Positions 1-9,930 of a DNA stretch of 64,000 bases are shown one piece after another. The stretch covers positions 1,426,001 through 1,490,000 of the forward strand of contig SMSO01000034.1 of the NCBI GenBank assembly GCA_004764695.1. Direction: 5' to 3'. How positions within the stretch are numbered: the first letter of the stretch is position 1; every line of letters starts with the position of its first letter. The position numbers and the translations under genes are program-made. Origin of the DNA: Schizochytrium sp. TIO01. Lineage: Eukaryota > Protista > Bigyra: Labyrinthulomycetes. The notes under the pieces were generated by a model. It was not told the origin of the DNA. It did not search any database and saw only the letters and a list, made by a program, of their open reading frames with translations.

Positions 1-66
1 AGAAAAGAAATAAAAACGAAAAAAAAGAAACGAAAAGAAAAAGAAAGAAAGAAAGAAAGAAAGAAA
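1..66. repeat. A-rich/(GAAA)n simple repeat
   Basis: Direct: agaaaagaaa...gaaagaaagaaagaaa run at the window start. Confidence 0.85.
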
Positions 67-621
67 CTAACTTGTTCTTCATTCTGCATTTTTAATAATT
101 ATTTTTAAAGGCAGACATTCCTTTTCTTTAACACTATTCTCTCTTCTTTCTCGTCGTGAGGCTATCCGTTTGACGTTTCCTTGTGCTCGACGACGATGCC
201 GACGACGACCAACGGATAGGCATGGGTTGAGAGGAGCTAGGAGGAACGCTAGGAGGTGGTTGGATTGGGCTCGGGACTGGGCTAACTAAAAGGAGCCCTG
301 GGGAGAACGCTACTTGTGCAGATAACAGGGGGAGCAATGGCAGTATGGTATGAAAGAATGCGATTGCACAATGGCCCATGGGGCGCTGCACGCCCGAAAA
401 GTAAACCTTGAACTCGAAACAAACACCAAAAGCCCAAGAGACCAAAGCAAGCAAGCAAGCAAAGAAACAAACAAGCGTGCAGCAGGAAGCCCGACACATC
501 CGCACGCCAAGGTCCTTGCTCTGAGTCTTTGATCAATTGATTAATTAATTACCCAAGCCTCTCTGTCCACGAAGTAGTCGAGTCAGTGAGACGGGCATTA
601 TATCTATCTACACTCCACATC

Positions 622-1695
622 ATGGCTACTACTCAGCAGCATGCACCCCGCGCATCATCTACTTTCTACGGCGGCGCCGCTGATAGTTCTGTGGACTTTT
701 CGAGTGTAATCCAGCAGGCGGAGGCCCTCACGGCACCAGAGATGCGTGCCGTCGAGGTGCTCCAGGGTCTTCTCAAGCTCCGCTCTCAGGAGCAGTCGTA
801 TGATGTACCCTCGAGTAGTCAGTCACAGCTCCAGAAGCAGCAGACCATGCAACAGCAGCAGCAATCACAGCAGCAGTCGCAACAGCAGCAGCTTTTCACC
901 TCTTCTCTAACTTTAACACCGCAGCAACGGCAGGCCCAGGCAGTGGCCAAGCTCGCCGAGAAAATTATTGAGGTACCGATGAGTTTTTCCAGCATCCTTA
1001 ACGGGACGGACTTGTCTAAAAAATTCGGCACTGGACTCTCTTCTGCAGGCTTCATGACCACTCTTGCTAGAGCTGCACAGATTCAGGATGATAGTAGTAC
1101 GACAAACGACGGCGCCGAATCAATGTCCACCACCTCCGTAACCTCTAATGACGTCATGACGCGTACCATGAGTATGGCAAGCATGATGAGTATGACTAGT
1201 AACGCCAGCAGTGTCGCTAGCGGCGACTCAGATAGCAGTAGCTCGGGCCCTATGCCTAAGCGCGCTCGTCTCGCAACGACCACCACGATTGGCAAGCCTG
1301 CCACAAAGAAGGAGAACAAGTCTCGCTATTCCGCATATCGTAAGAACAGTGTGTGCGGTTTCTGTGCCGAGCTGGGAATTAATTGTGGCAAGGTCGCTGC
1401 CAAGTGTCCGAACCGCCCATGCAACCAATGTGGACGTCGCCATCGGTTGAACCGTTGCCGCAAGATTGGCTGCAAGCACTGCCCCGGAGATCACCTCAGC
1501 TCCAAGTGCCCTATCAAAATCAAGCAATGGGCTCGCGCATCCGTCGCAAGGCGGCGCGAGCGCAACCTTCGTGGCAAGTCCGATTCGCTTGAGCATATCG
1601 CTCTTCACAACGCCGCCAATAACGCAGCAGCTGTTGCCGGCATGGATCTGTCTGCACCACCTTTGCCCTCGGCTGTCTTTGGCCAGAGCCAGTAA
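622..1695 (+). CDS. Q/S/T-rich protein with C-terminal Cys/His zinc-binding cluster (two CX2CX3HX4C knuckles plus CX2CX6CX6C); putative nucleic-acid-binding regulator
   Basis: ORF 586..1695, first ATG at 622 (catcATGgct). Poly-Q tract, NLS-like PMPKRARL, then CGFCAELGINCGKVAAKC, CNQCGRRHRLNRC and CKHCPGDHLSSKC, followed by basic RRRER. Confidence 0.8.
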   Translation: MATTQQHAPRASSTFYGGAADSSVDFSSVIQQAEALTAPEMRAVEVLQGLLKLRSQEQSYDVPSSSQSQLQKQQTMQQQQQSQQQSQQQQLFTSSLTLTPQQRQAQAVAKLAEKIIEVPMSFSSILNGTDLSKKFGTGLSSAGFMTTLARAAQIQDDSSTTNDGAESMSTTSVTSNDVMTRTMSMASMMSMTSNASSVASGDSDSSSSGPMPKRARLATTTTIGKPATKKENKSRYSAYRKNSVCGFCAELGINCGKVAAKCPNRPCNQCGRRHRLNRCRKIGCKHCPGDHLSSKCPIKIKQWARASVARRRERNLRGKSDSLEHIALHNAANNAAAVAGMDLSAPPLPSAVFGQSQ

Positions 1696-2387
1696 TTGGC
1701 AGCTGTCCTTCTTTCCGTTCTTGACTCTGTTCATTTGTGTCTTGTTGCTATTTCTACCTGTCCACATTCCCGGTTCTGCTTTGTGGCAGCGAAGATAGTA
1801 GTTCTTCTTCGCATCGCTACATTTCTCCAGCCTGTCTGCAATGATAATTCTTCTGTAGGAAGAACTATCTGCGCTCTTCTCCCTGGTGTTTCTCCCTCTC
1901 TTTGCTACCGCTCTCAAATTCATAATCTTCTGTGTTTTATTCTTTAATTCAATCCTTTTACCTGCCCCCCCAGATTAATTTCTTGAAAATGTCAAGTAAT
2001 GGAAGGAATTCAGACTTTTTTGTTTGAGTCTCATCAATCTTACACATTATGCCTCACTCTGGTTGTTTTATAATGTGTTGTGTTCAGCCCGCACCAGTAG
2101 AAGATCTTGTCACCTGCGTAGCATATGTTTTGTATTATTTTTTGTTAAGATTGACACAACGCCGATCTCGAATTTGCTGAAAGGAAAGGCAAGCTGTATA
2201 TTCTTGTTGACGATTGATTGAAAATCGCGGGCGTATATTCACGTCCAACATGTGGAGGGTGTTAGTGAGTGAGCTTTAAATGCAGTATAGAAGAAGTTGA
2301 TATAAACTGATCTTTATCAAACTTAGGATGGATAAATGATTAAATTGTTCGTGGAGAAGCTAAATGCTAAAAGAAAGTTGTGCGAAG

Positions 2388-4322
2388 TTACTTGAATAAA
2401 AATCGATAGATAAAGTCGCGGGGTAATCCTGGGATTCGCTGATGCCCATAAAACATGGGCTTTATTTGCTCAGCCAAGTGGTCGAGAGCTCGAGGGTCAA
2501 CCGTATGTATGCTTGGATCTCGCTGAAGAAGTTCGTTTTTCAGTTCAACAAGTTCTGTTGTTATTGCAGGTCTAGCTGGTGGCCCAATATCAGGCGATTT
2601 AAGCCGACTGCACAGATCAATAGCATCGCAAGCAAGCCGCATCGCATTGTCGTAATCACCCTGCTTATTTTTAAGCTTGGCTTGTAGGGCTTTAATTTCT
2701 GCAATTGTTGAATGTTCATCACTTCCTAAACTTTCAACAAAAGTATCTTCAAGGCTTTGTAAGCAACTTAGAGCTTCTGAAATTTCACCGACTTTCATCA
2801 AACACTCACCCTTGGCAAGCATCATTTCAACATATTGAGGATATTGCACAAGCTTACTCTCACTCTTCTTTTCACCATCATTTTCCAAAATTTTCACCAA
2901 GATTTGTCTCAGTTGTTCGAGATCAGTAAGAGCATCAGCTGCCATATTCAAGGCAGTTTTCATTCTCACTAGCATGACTACCCAATCAACGTGGTCTTGA
3001 GCGGATAGAAGACCGTCGGCCCCACTCTCTTTAAGATTTTCATAATAGCTGCAAAGGTTTAGCACCTTCATCTTAGGCTCCTCTAGTCTGGGTCTCAAGT
3101 AGAATATCTCAGACATCTGAAGTTCGAGCAACATGTTCTCGTATGAGTAGAAATTTCGCTGAGCGCAAAGCCACTCAAGCCTTCCTTCATCTGATGAATA
3201 TCCCACAACATTGAGGGCATCGATGTATTGATTCCAGCTCTCACTCATACTTTCTGCACCGCCAGTTTCGAGCTGTTTACGGAGACACCTCACAAGGCCA
3301 ATCTGCACAGATATGTTGTTGGAATCTTGAAGAGATTTGCGATGGTACGAATCATATGCGCTTCGAAAGTACCGATTTGCCGTAGACAAGCGATCGAACG
3401 ATTTTGCAATGTTTCCAGCTGATTCTAACTCTTCTGGCTTTGCTCCATTTTTTTCCATCGATTTATCAAAACACGATAGAATCCAGGCGGTTAATTCTCG
3501 TGTGACTTTCATTTTGAGCCTTGCCCAGCCCACACCATTCTCAACCTCTAGACGAATTTCGCGTTCATCTTCTATGAGGCCACATGTCGCATCTGAGGGC
3601 CTGAGTTCGATGATTTCTTGAAGGATCGGAAAATTTTTGTTGGAATTTGTTGGACTTTTAAGTAATTCTCTTTCTTGATTTTCCGGGACTAAAAGTTCAA
3701 TCTTGCGATCTTCAACAATGGCTCCATAAATCTCCCAAATACACCAGAGACGAGTTAATGGTTTAGGTTCAGACCATGAGTCAAAAAAGATCCAGAACGC
3801 ATCAAACTTCCCAATAGCATCGTGGAACTTCTCGCCAAGGACTTTACCAGACGCTCCCTCTATTTGAAACTGGTTTATACTAAAAATGTCCATCCACACA
3901 TAGGTTTTGTCCTTTCGGTACTGATTGGCGCTGCTTTCTGAGCGCGACTGCAGAGCCTCTATCAGAGAATTGAAGTTTGTTTGGCGAGCTTGACTTACGA
4001 AAATGAATTTTCGCGGTGTCAAACTGAGACGAACTGATTCAATCGGTGATTTGACAGCACGTTTATCAGTTTGCTTCAGGTGAGTAGTATACGACATACC
4101 CTTAATTTCTTTCTTTATGATTTCTTCGAACACGTCCTGAATGGTTTTATCATGATGGGTTTTGCAATGCTTGGCCCAAAACACGTCGAAGAGCCATTCT
4201 AGCGATACGCAGTCATAAGAGAAGTTTTCCTCAACACGTCTCGTAGCGAGAGAATCACGCTGGTCACCCTGCTTAAATAAGCGCAAGCTTAGGCCACGGA
4301 CACTTCTCCTTTTCTGAGACAT
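2388..4322 (-). CDS. TIR/HET-like N-terminal domain plus TPR-repeat protein
   Basis: 644-aa ORF. Motifs FIFVSQA, YVWMDIFSINQ and PLTRLWCIWEI resemble the HET/TIR core (FxS; WID..CINQ; R.WC..E). C-terminal kinesin-light-chain-type TPR-like repeats (KVGEISEALSCL...SLGSDEHSTIAEI...KQGDYDNAMRL). Confidence 0.75.
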   Translation of the reverse strand: MSQKRRSVRGLSLRLFKQGDQRDSLATRRVEENFSYDCVSLEWLFDVFWAKHCKTHHDKTIQDVFEEIIKKEIKGMSYTTHLKQTDKRAVKSPIESVRLSLTPRKFIFVSQARQTNFNSLIEALQSRSESSANQYRKDKTYVWMDIFSINQFQIEGASGKVLGEKFHDAIGKFDAFWIFFDSWSEPKPLTRLWCIWEIYGAIVEDRKIELLVPENQERELLKSPTNSNKNFPILQEIIELRPSDATCGLIEDEREIRLEVENGVGWARLKMKVTRELTAWILSCFDKSMEKNGAKPEELESAGNIAKSFDRLSTANRYFRSAYDSYHRKSLQDSNNISVQIGLVRCLRKQLETGGAESMSESWNQYIDALNVVGYSSDEGRLEWLCAQRNFYSYENMLLELQMSEIFYLRPRLEEPKMKVLNLCSYYENLKESGADGLLSAQDHVDWVVMLVRMKTALNMAADALTDLEQLRQILVKILENDGEKKSESKLVQYPQYVEMMLAKGECLMKVGEISEALSCLQSLEDTFVESLGSDEHSTIAEIKALQAKLKNKQGDYDNAMRLACDAIDLCSRLKSPDIGPPARPAITTELVELKNELLQRDPSIHTVDPRALDHLAEQIKPMFYGHQRIPGLPRDFIYRFLFK

Positions 4323-6171
4323 GGTTCCATATGTTCAATCCGACTGGGCGTTTTGAATTATGGGTTTGCATCCAAGGTATGGTTTTATAATGCGAGTTAC
4401 TAGTGCAAATGATCTTCTGCAGAGTACTTCTAGCGAACAAATAACAGGCGCTCCTGAATTTTAATGAAAATCTGCAAGACTACCTAAGTACCTAATAAGT
4501 AGTTATTACGACGGTAGGTGCGCGTGCAAGACCAAAATCGAGCGAGATTCAAAGGTAGATAGGGGAATAAGCAGGTAACTAGTGCCTAGGTAGCTGCTCT
4601 GTAGGCAGACACTCACTACCTAACCTGCTACATAAAAAGGAAAACTACACTTGTCCGTCAAGTTACACCTCTGAGACTTGGTTTTGTTAGCATGGTGGAT
4701 AGTTCTAACTATATACGGGAAGCCCTATCAGTAATGCGCCTGTGTTCTGATACAATCAGTAGCTAGTATGAGTTGGCAACATAATTTGGCTTATCAGATT
4801 GAATTGTGCATCCAATTATTTCGCTCTTCCTGATTTCCCTGAGCTACGTCAACTTCGATTTCCTCAGCTTGCTAAGTAGAAAAGCAATCCATAAACTCAT
4901 ACTCAGGAAACTCATAAACATCGTTCGTCTTTTCTTCTTCTTCTTCTTCTTCTACTTGGCACGACTCTGTCTGTCTCCGCTCCGGTACCATCCATGTTCG
5001 CACAGCCGTAGTTTGCAAATCTTGCCTTCTGCCAGTCTTCGTAATGTCGAGCTTGAGCGGCGATTATTGCCCTGGTACAACACTTCTAAAGCAATGCATC
5101 ATCCCGGCGTACCAGAATGAGCTCGTGTATATTCAATCGTTCAAGTTTACACATTGGGTGATGTTTGTGCTTAGATGGAATTTTTGGTGAGAGTGGCTGC
5201 AACTCAAGTTATCCTGCCCCACTTGAGAAATACATACGTACCTACCTACTTCTTTTCTACTCATGCAGCACTTCAAGCGGAGCGCTTGGCACATCCCATA
5301 AAGTTGCATTGCACAAATATTCGTATGTACTGAAATGCAAAGACGTGGGTTAGAAGAAGCCTTGAAACTTGTCTACTTGAATGCAAGGCTTTAGCTTTTG
5401 ATTTCGTCACGACGTTCAAGTTTAGTGCAAATTCAAGCATTGTGAAATATGCCTAAACTGTGGCCGCTTGATAGATGTACCTCGCCTTGAAGCGAAACAG
5501 TGCTTCATTTTCCCTGTCCCTCTGCGAAAGAATGTCTGTCTCTAAAAAAAAGAACGAAGGAATTCTTGCGTGAAGCCGAAGTGGCGCAATTCACTGCAAA
5601 GGTGAAGCCTCGCACCTCACAGGTCCAAATTAGGTATACTTAGGCTCTACCATGTTCGCTGTCCACAAACATCTGCCGCTACCACAACCTTCGATCGTCA
5701 AAAAGGGCAAATATACAATTGTGCACACTCATCCTTTCAGAAGGGCCTGCACGGCAATTCGCTTCTAAAAACACCCCTTGCAATGTCGGCCTCTGAGCAG
5801 CCCAAGAACATGGCACACTTGAAACCTCTGAAAGGTCCTGAATGCTGCCATGGCCACTGATACCGACACCGAATCTAGTGCACTACCTCATTGTGCACTC
5901 CTTGTTCTATATAGGTAGGTATGCCATTTAATAACAATTCCAGGTGCAGTGTCTGAGCACACCTAGCTGGTCCACCTTCTAAGAACTCGCAACGCGCTCC
6001 AAGGCTTTCTGAGGTTGCCAATGTCTGCCTGGCGCCTAAGAGCAGACCGGAGTGCATCAAGGTGTTCTGTGGCGCTTGATGATAGATAGGTGATTGGGTT
6101 TGGTTTATCGCTGCTGTGAAGAAAAGATAGGGTAGTGCTAACTAACTAGGTACCTTTACTTACAAAAGGAG

Positions 6172-7230
6172 ATGAACATAAGAAGATTACCACATAATAA
6201 ACACATGCAATCAAACCGAACTGGCGAGACCTGTGGACCATCGGCAATTTCTAAACGCATTGATAGCTTGGTCGCTTCCAAAGTTTGTGAAGTGGTCAGA
6301 GAGTTCTTGACGCGTGCGAATAGTGAGACAGTTCTTTGTGTTGGTTTTATTAACAGCAGGGACACGATGCAGCGTCCTGGCTTTGGACATGCACGAACTT
6401 TCAAGCAAGACGAGGTGAAGGAAAGCATGGTCATCGGAGCGATAAAGCTCACGCTACCTTTGATGCTCTTTCCGCTTGCAATGATTGCTGCTTTCTACAA
6501 GTTCCTGCCGCTCATGGTTGCTTGCATGACTGTTAGTGTGTCCCTCGGTATTGCATTTGCCATTCATGAACACGAGCTCTTCATAGGCTTGGGTAGACCT
6601 CCTCTTGAGGATGCTGCAGACCAGTCCCTTTTCGCTGCTCGTTCACAGCTTTTCAGAGGCTTGCGTGGTAAAGTCTTGGACCTCTCACCTCACTCCGCAT
6701 ACATCTTGAACAAGTACTACTCTGGTGCTAAGAACAAGGTGAGCTCAGTTACAACGTTCGAGCCGAATGAACTGATCCGCAAATACACGACTCACCGTGC
6801 AGCAAAGATGCACTGCACATATGGAATTCAGACCCGGGTTATAGAAGATAAAACTATTGACCAAATCCTGGAAGCCACTTTAGAAGAGGAAGGTGAAGGT
6901 TCTCAGGATGTTATCGTATCTTATTCTTTTCTCAACCGGGTCAAGGATATTCAAGTAGCAATTAAACTGATTCACACACTCCTGAAACCTGGGGGCACCC
7001 TGATCTTCATGGAAAATGATGCATACCCGGACGGGAGTCTAGATCGTACTTTCCAGAATGTCTTTAATCGTCTTTATAGATCACTTACAAATGGGGCAGA
7101 GTGCACACGGGAAATAACTCTAGCGCTCAAACAACAGGAAGGCCTGGAGGTGACAACTTATTCTCTTGATGCTTCAGATATCAGCATATTAGCCAACCTG
7201 AAGCTTGGTTACGCCATTAAGAAAGCTTAA
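6172..7230 (+). CDS. METTL7-like class I SAM-dependent methyltransferase fold with N-terminal transmembrane helices (motif I degenerate)
   Basis: RSQLFRGLRGKVLDL, FEPN, SQDVIVS, IHTLLKPGGTLIFMEN; hydrophobic stretch about aa 88-130. The true start may be ATG 6367. Confidence 0.75.
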   Translation: MNIRRLPHNKHMQSNRTGETCGPSAISKRIDSLVASKVCEVVREFLTRANSETVLCVGFINSRDTMQRPGFGHARTFKQDEVKESMVIGAIKLTLPLMLFPLAMIAAFYKFLPLMVACMTVSVSLGIAFAIHEHELFIGLGRPPLEDAADQSLFAARSQLFRGLRGKVLDLSPHSAYILNKYYSGAKNKVSSVTTFEPNELIRKYTTHRAAKMHCTYGIQTRVIEDKTIDQILEATLEEEGEGSQDVIVSYSFLNRVKDIQVAIKLIHTLLKPGGTLIFMENDAYPDGSLDRTFQNVFNRLYRSLTNGAECTREITLALKQQEGLEVTTYSLDASDISILANLKLGYAIKKA

Positions 7231-7439
7231 GGCGTGGAAAAAAATTGCCAACTGCAAGTTTCTGACTCTTCACCGCTGGATTGTGCAATCAGAGCGGCTG
7301 GAATGACAAGCTGCAGGACCTTCCGTTTGTAACTTGAACTTTTTACTTTTCGTAAATTTAATGCTAATGTTCAAATCTGTGTGGAACTATCGTTTGCAAA
7401 ATGCATTGCTCTCAATTCAAATAAAACGTGTGTGTAGGA

Positions 7440-7461
7440 GGGGGGGGGGGGGGGGGGGGGG
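7440..7461 (+). repeat. 22-nt poly-G homopolymer
   Basis: Direct; lies between two convergent 3' ends. Confidence 0.9.
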
Positions 7462-7602
7462 AGTCTTCATCAACACATTCAAAAGTTTCACACATGGTAT
7501 CAAATGTTAAAACCTTGAGTAGATGAATGAGAGAACAAATATTAAAACATGATAAAAAAACATGTAACGAAAAAGTTAAGATGTCACAGACTTAGTGATA
7601 CC

Positions 7603-9930
7603 TTATATACCTCTGCTCTGTATGGATGGTTTTTTAAGGTAGAAAAGAAATGCTGAAGCCACTCCTGACATGCCAACGAAAATCGACAGTGTCAGGTAGG
7701 CATCTAAAAGAGCAGGCTTCGTTATCAAGGATTGAAAGGAAGCTGCACAGTCCTTCATTGGAGGAAATATACTTGATAGAACTCGAGCAGGGTTAATCGT
7801 GTTGAGGACTGTTAACTTTGGAGTCCAGGTTTGAAGTTGCTCTTTCAAAAATTTTGTCAGTTGATTCTTTGTATTTTTGAGCTGCAACATTCTTCTCTCC
7901 ATAAAAGTAGGGTGAAGTTTTGCATCGAGCTCAGTGAAGGTATAAAACAACGTATCCTGTGAGATTGTTCGATGGATTGATGGATCAAGAATAGAAACAA
8001 GTAGTAAAAGACTGTCATGAATGTAACCGATCCGACGGTAAACATTTGAGTCTCGTCTCATATGCATATGCGGAAATCCCATTGTGTAGATTGGGCTTGG
8101 TTTGCTTAGATGAGCACGCAAAGGCAGACGTCTCGTACCAGGCATATAAGACCAAATCTTGTCATATAATGAACCTAACCGACTCGGTTGAACCAAGTCA
8201 GCTGGATCGTCATAATCAGTATTATTGAACGCAAGAATCTCAATATCTGCTGCAAGTTTGGCAAATGCTAGTCTTAGGCATTTCACCTGTTTGGCTCTTT
8301 CCTGATCTGGTGTATCTTGGGGTGTAGTCCAGAGATTATAAAAGTCGATGTAGCTTCGCACAGAGCGAGGGTTCTCAGGGTTCCTCATGACCTCGGCTAT
8401 GGCTTTTATGTCCATGCGATCTAGTGTAAAACATCCAGGCTTCACCGTCTTTGCAAAGTCTCCAATGTAACCTTTTGGATCTTCCATTAATAGCGTGAGG
8501 CTATTATCTGATTTGCAGAAATCATCACGCAAGTGTTCGTACTCACGTGAGAATGCGTATATTACTTTCAGTACGTATTTATTACGATAGTACAATGGGT
8601 CTTCGTCGCGCATCAGCTGAAGCCAACCGAAGAATTCTCCAATCTGATACATAGTCGTGACCTTTGCATGGAACGATTGGCAGTCTTTCACATCGCACGG
8701 CTGCAAACCTCTACCGCACGCACTAGTCTGGTGTTTTTCCTTTACTAAGAAACCCAAGTTCACAATTGATTTGAGACGCTTCATAAGCTCAATCGCCGTA
8801 TCTGCAGCCTTGTACTTTGCTACCATTCCGTACAGGTAGCTATCGTCTGAGCTGAGATAAGGCAGAAGCATTGGTTCTCCAAGTACATATTTGTCACTTG
8901 AGGCATGCATATTTTCATAACCAGTTACAAGTAATTTGGAAGGATCTTCTACACTGGTTGACATTCGCTCAATAGCACTTTGAAAAGCGCTTCGAAATGC
9001 AATGGCTTTCTCTTGCTGAGAAAAGTAATTTTTCGTCAGGAAGTAATTTTTCTCAGAATTTAAATTTGAAGAAAGCTTATTGTATACCTCTCGACAGAAG
9101 AACTCGTTCATATAACGAGCTCCATCAAACTGGCATTCTGTACTCCAGCAGAACACCACGATATCGTGTTTGTCCTTTATGTAGAACTGCTGCTGAGAGC
9201 GTTTCTTCAAGACCTCCTTTCCTAATTCCTCAGTGGAGCAACAGTTGAGGATAAGTAATCTCAAGTTTTCAATTTCGGCAAGCAGGCTCGCGACAACAGG
9301 TAGGTCAGGACTCGACTCACTTCCGAACTTTATGCCTTTCTTGGTAGCATGGCCGGCGAAGACGATCGCTGCATACTGTTCATAATTCCCAATTTTAATG
9401 AACAAGTCCCATGTGGTTTGATCTTTGAAGTGAATACCAACAGATCTGGCTTCTTCTTTAAAGGCATCGAAAGCGGCACTGTCCATATTACTCGAAAACT
9501 GCTGATCTCGAAAATTTTCTGGTCGAACGACCCTGCATACAGCCATAAATTCTTCTCTCAAAACTCTATCAAACTCATCTTTATTCTCACCGTCTTGCTT
9601 TAAAGCAACAAAGAGCCATTTGTCGCCATCGTAGCCCCTATCACCTTCTTGAGTGAGCTGCTGTGGCGCCTTGGGTTGCTTGTGCACCAGCTGCTGCTGC
9701 TGCAGCTCGTGCTCCTTAACAAGCTTTCGAAAACTTTCCTCCACCTCTCCAAACCCAAGGGAGGCGCCTCGGGTGGACTTATTCCCCTCCATCCCGCCGC
9801 CTAGGCGACCTCTCGAGCAGGCACGCACAAGGCACGCACACGACAAGTTCGACTTTGATCGATCGTTCTGCGCGCAATGATTCTGTTTTGGTTCCTTCTC
9901 ACCTCTTTCATATTCAAGTGCGTTTTGCAT
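7603..9930 (-). CDS. CHAT/caspase-like (clan CD) protease domain, uncharacterised helical domain and C-terminal membrane anchor
   Basis: IVFAGHA (His) and LRLLILNCCST (Cys) match the CHAT H[F/L]xGHG / LVxLNAC motifs, followed by VFCWSTEC..GARYMNEFF. C-terminal hydrophobic YLTLSIFVGMSGVASAFLFYL then KK. Likely start ATG 9792 (MEGNK). Confidence 0.7.
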   Translation of the reverse strand: MQNALEYERGEKEPKQNHCAQNDRSKSNLSCACLVRACSRGRLGGGMEGNKSTRGASLGFGEVEESFRKLVKEHELQQQQLVHKQPKAPQQLTQEGDRGYDGDKWLFVALKQDGENKDEFDRVLREEFMAVCRVVRPENFRDQQFSSNMDSAAFDAFKEEARSVGIHFKDQTTWDLFIKIGNYEQYAAIVFAGHATKKGIKFGSESSPDLPVVASLLAEIENLRLLILNCCSTEELGKEVLKKRSQQQFYIKDKHDIVVFCWSTECQFDGARYMNEFFCREVYNKLSSNLNSEKNYFLTKNYFSQQEKAIAFRSAFQSAIERMSTSVEDPSKLLVTGYENMHASSDKYVLGEPMLLPYLSSDDSYLYGMVAKYKAADTAIELMKRLKSIVNLGFLVKEKHQTSACGRGLQPCDVKDCQSFHAKVTTMYQIGEFFGWLQLMRDEDPLYYRNKYVLKVIYAFSREYEHLRDDFCKSDNSLTLLMEDPKGYIGDFAKTVKPGCFTLDRMDIKAIAEVMRNPENPRSVRSYIDFYNLWTTPQDTPDQERAKQVKCLRLAFAKLAADIEILAFNNTDYDDPADLVQPSRLGSLYDKIWSYMPGTRRLPLRAHLSKPSPIYTMGFPHMHMRRDSNVYRRIGYIHDSLLLLVSILDPSIHRTISQDTLFYTFTELDAKLHPTFMERRMLQLKNTKNQLTKFLKEQLQTWTPKLTVLNTINPARVLSSIFPPMKDCAASFQSLITKPALLDAYLTLSIFVGMSGVASAFLFYLKKPSIQSRGI

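Noticed and set aside
622-1695. Active retrotransposon gag
   Set aside because: No protease/RT/integrase ORF, LTRs or primer-binding site nearby.
5600-6080. Possible ankyrin-like pseudogene on the minus strand
   Set aside because: Only scattered similarity across several frames; cannot be supported by eye.
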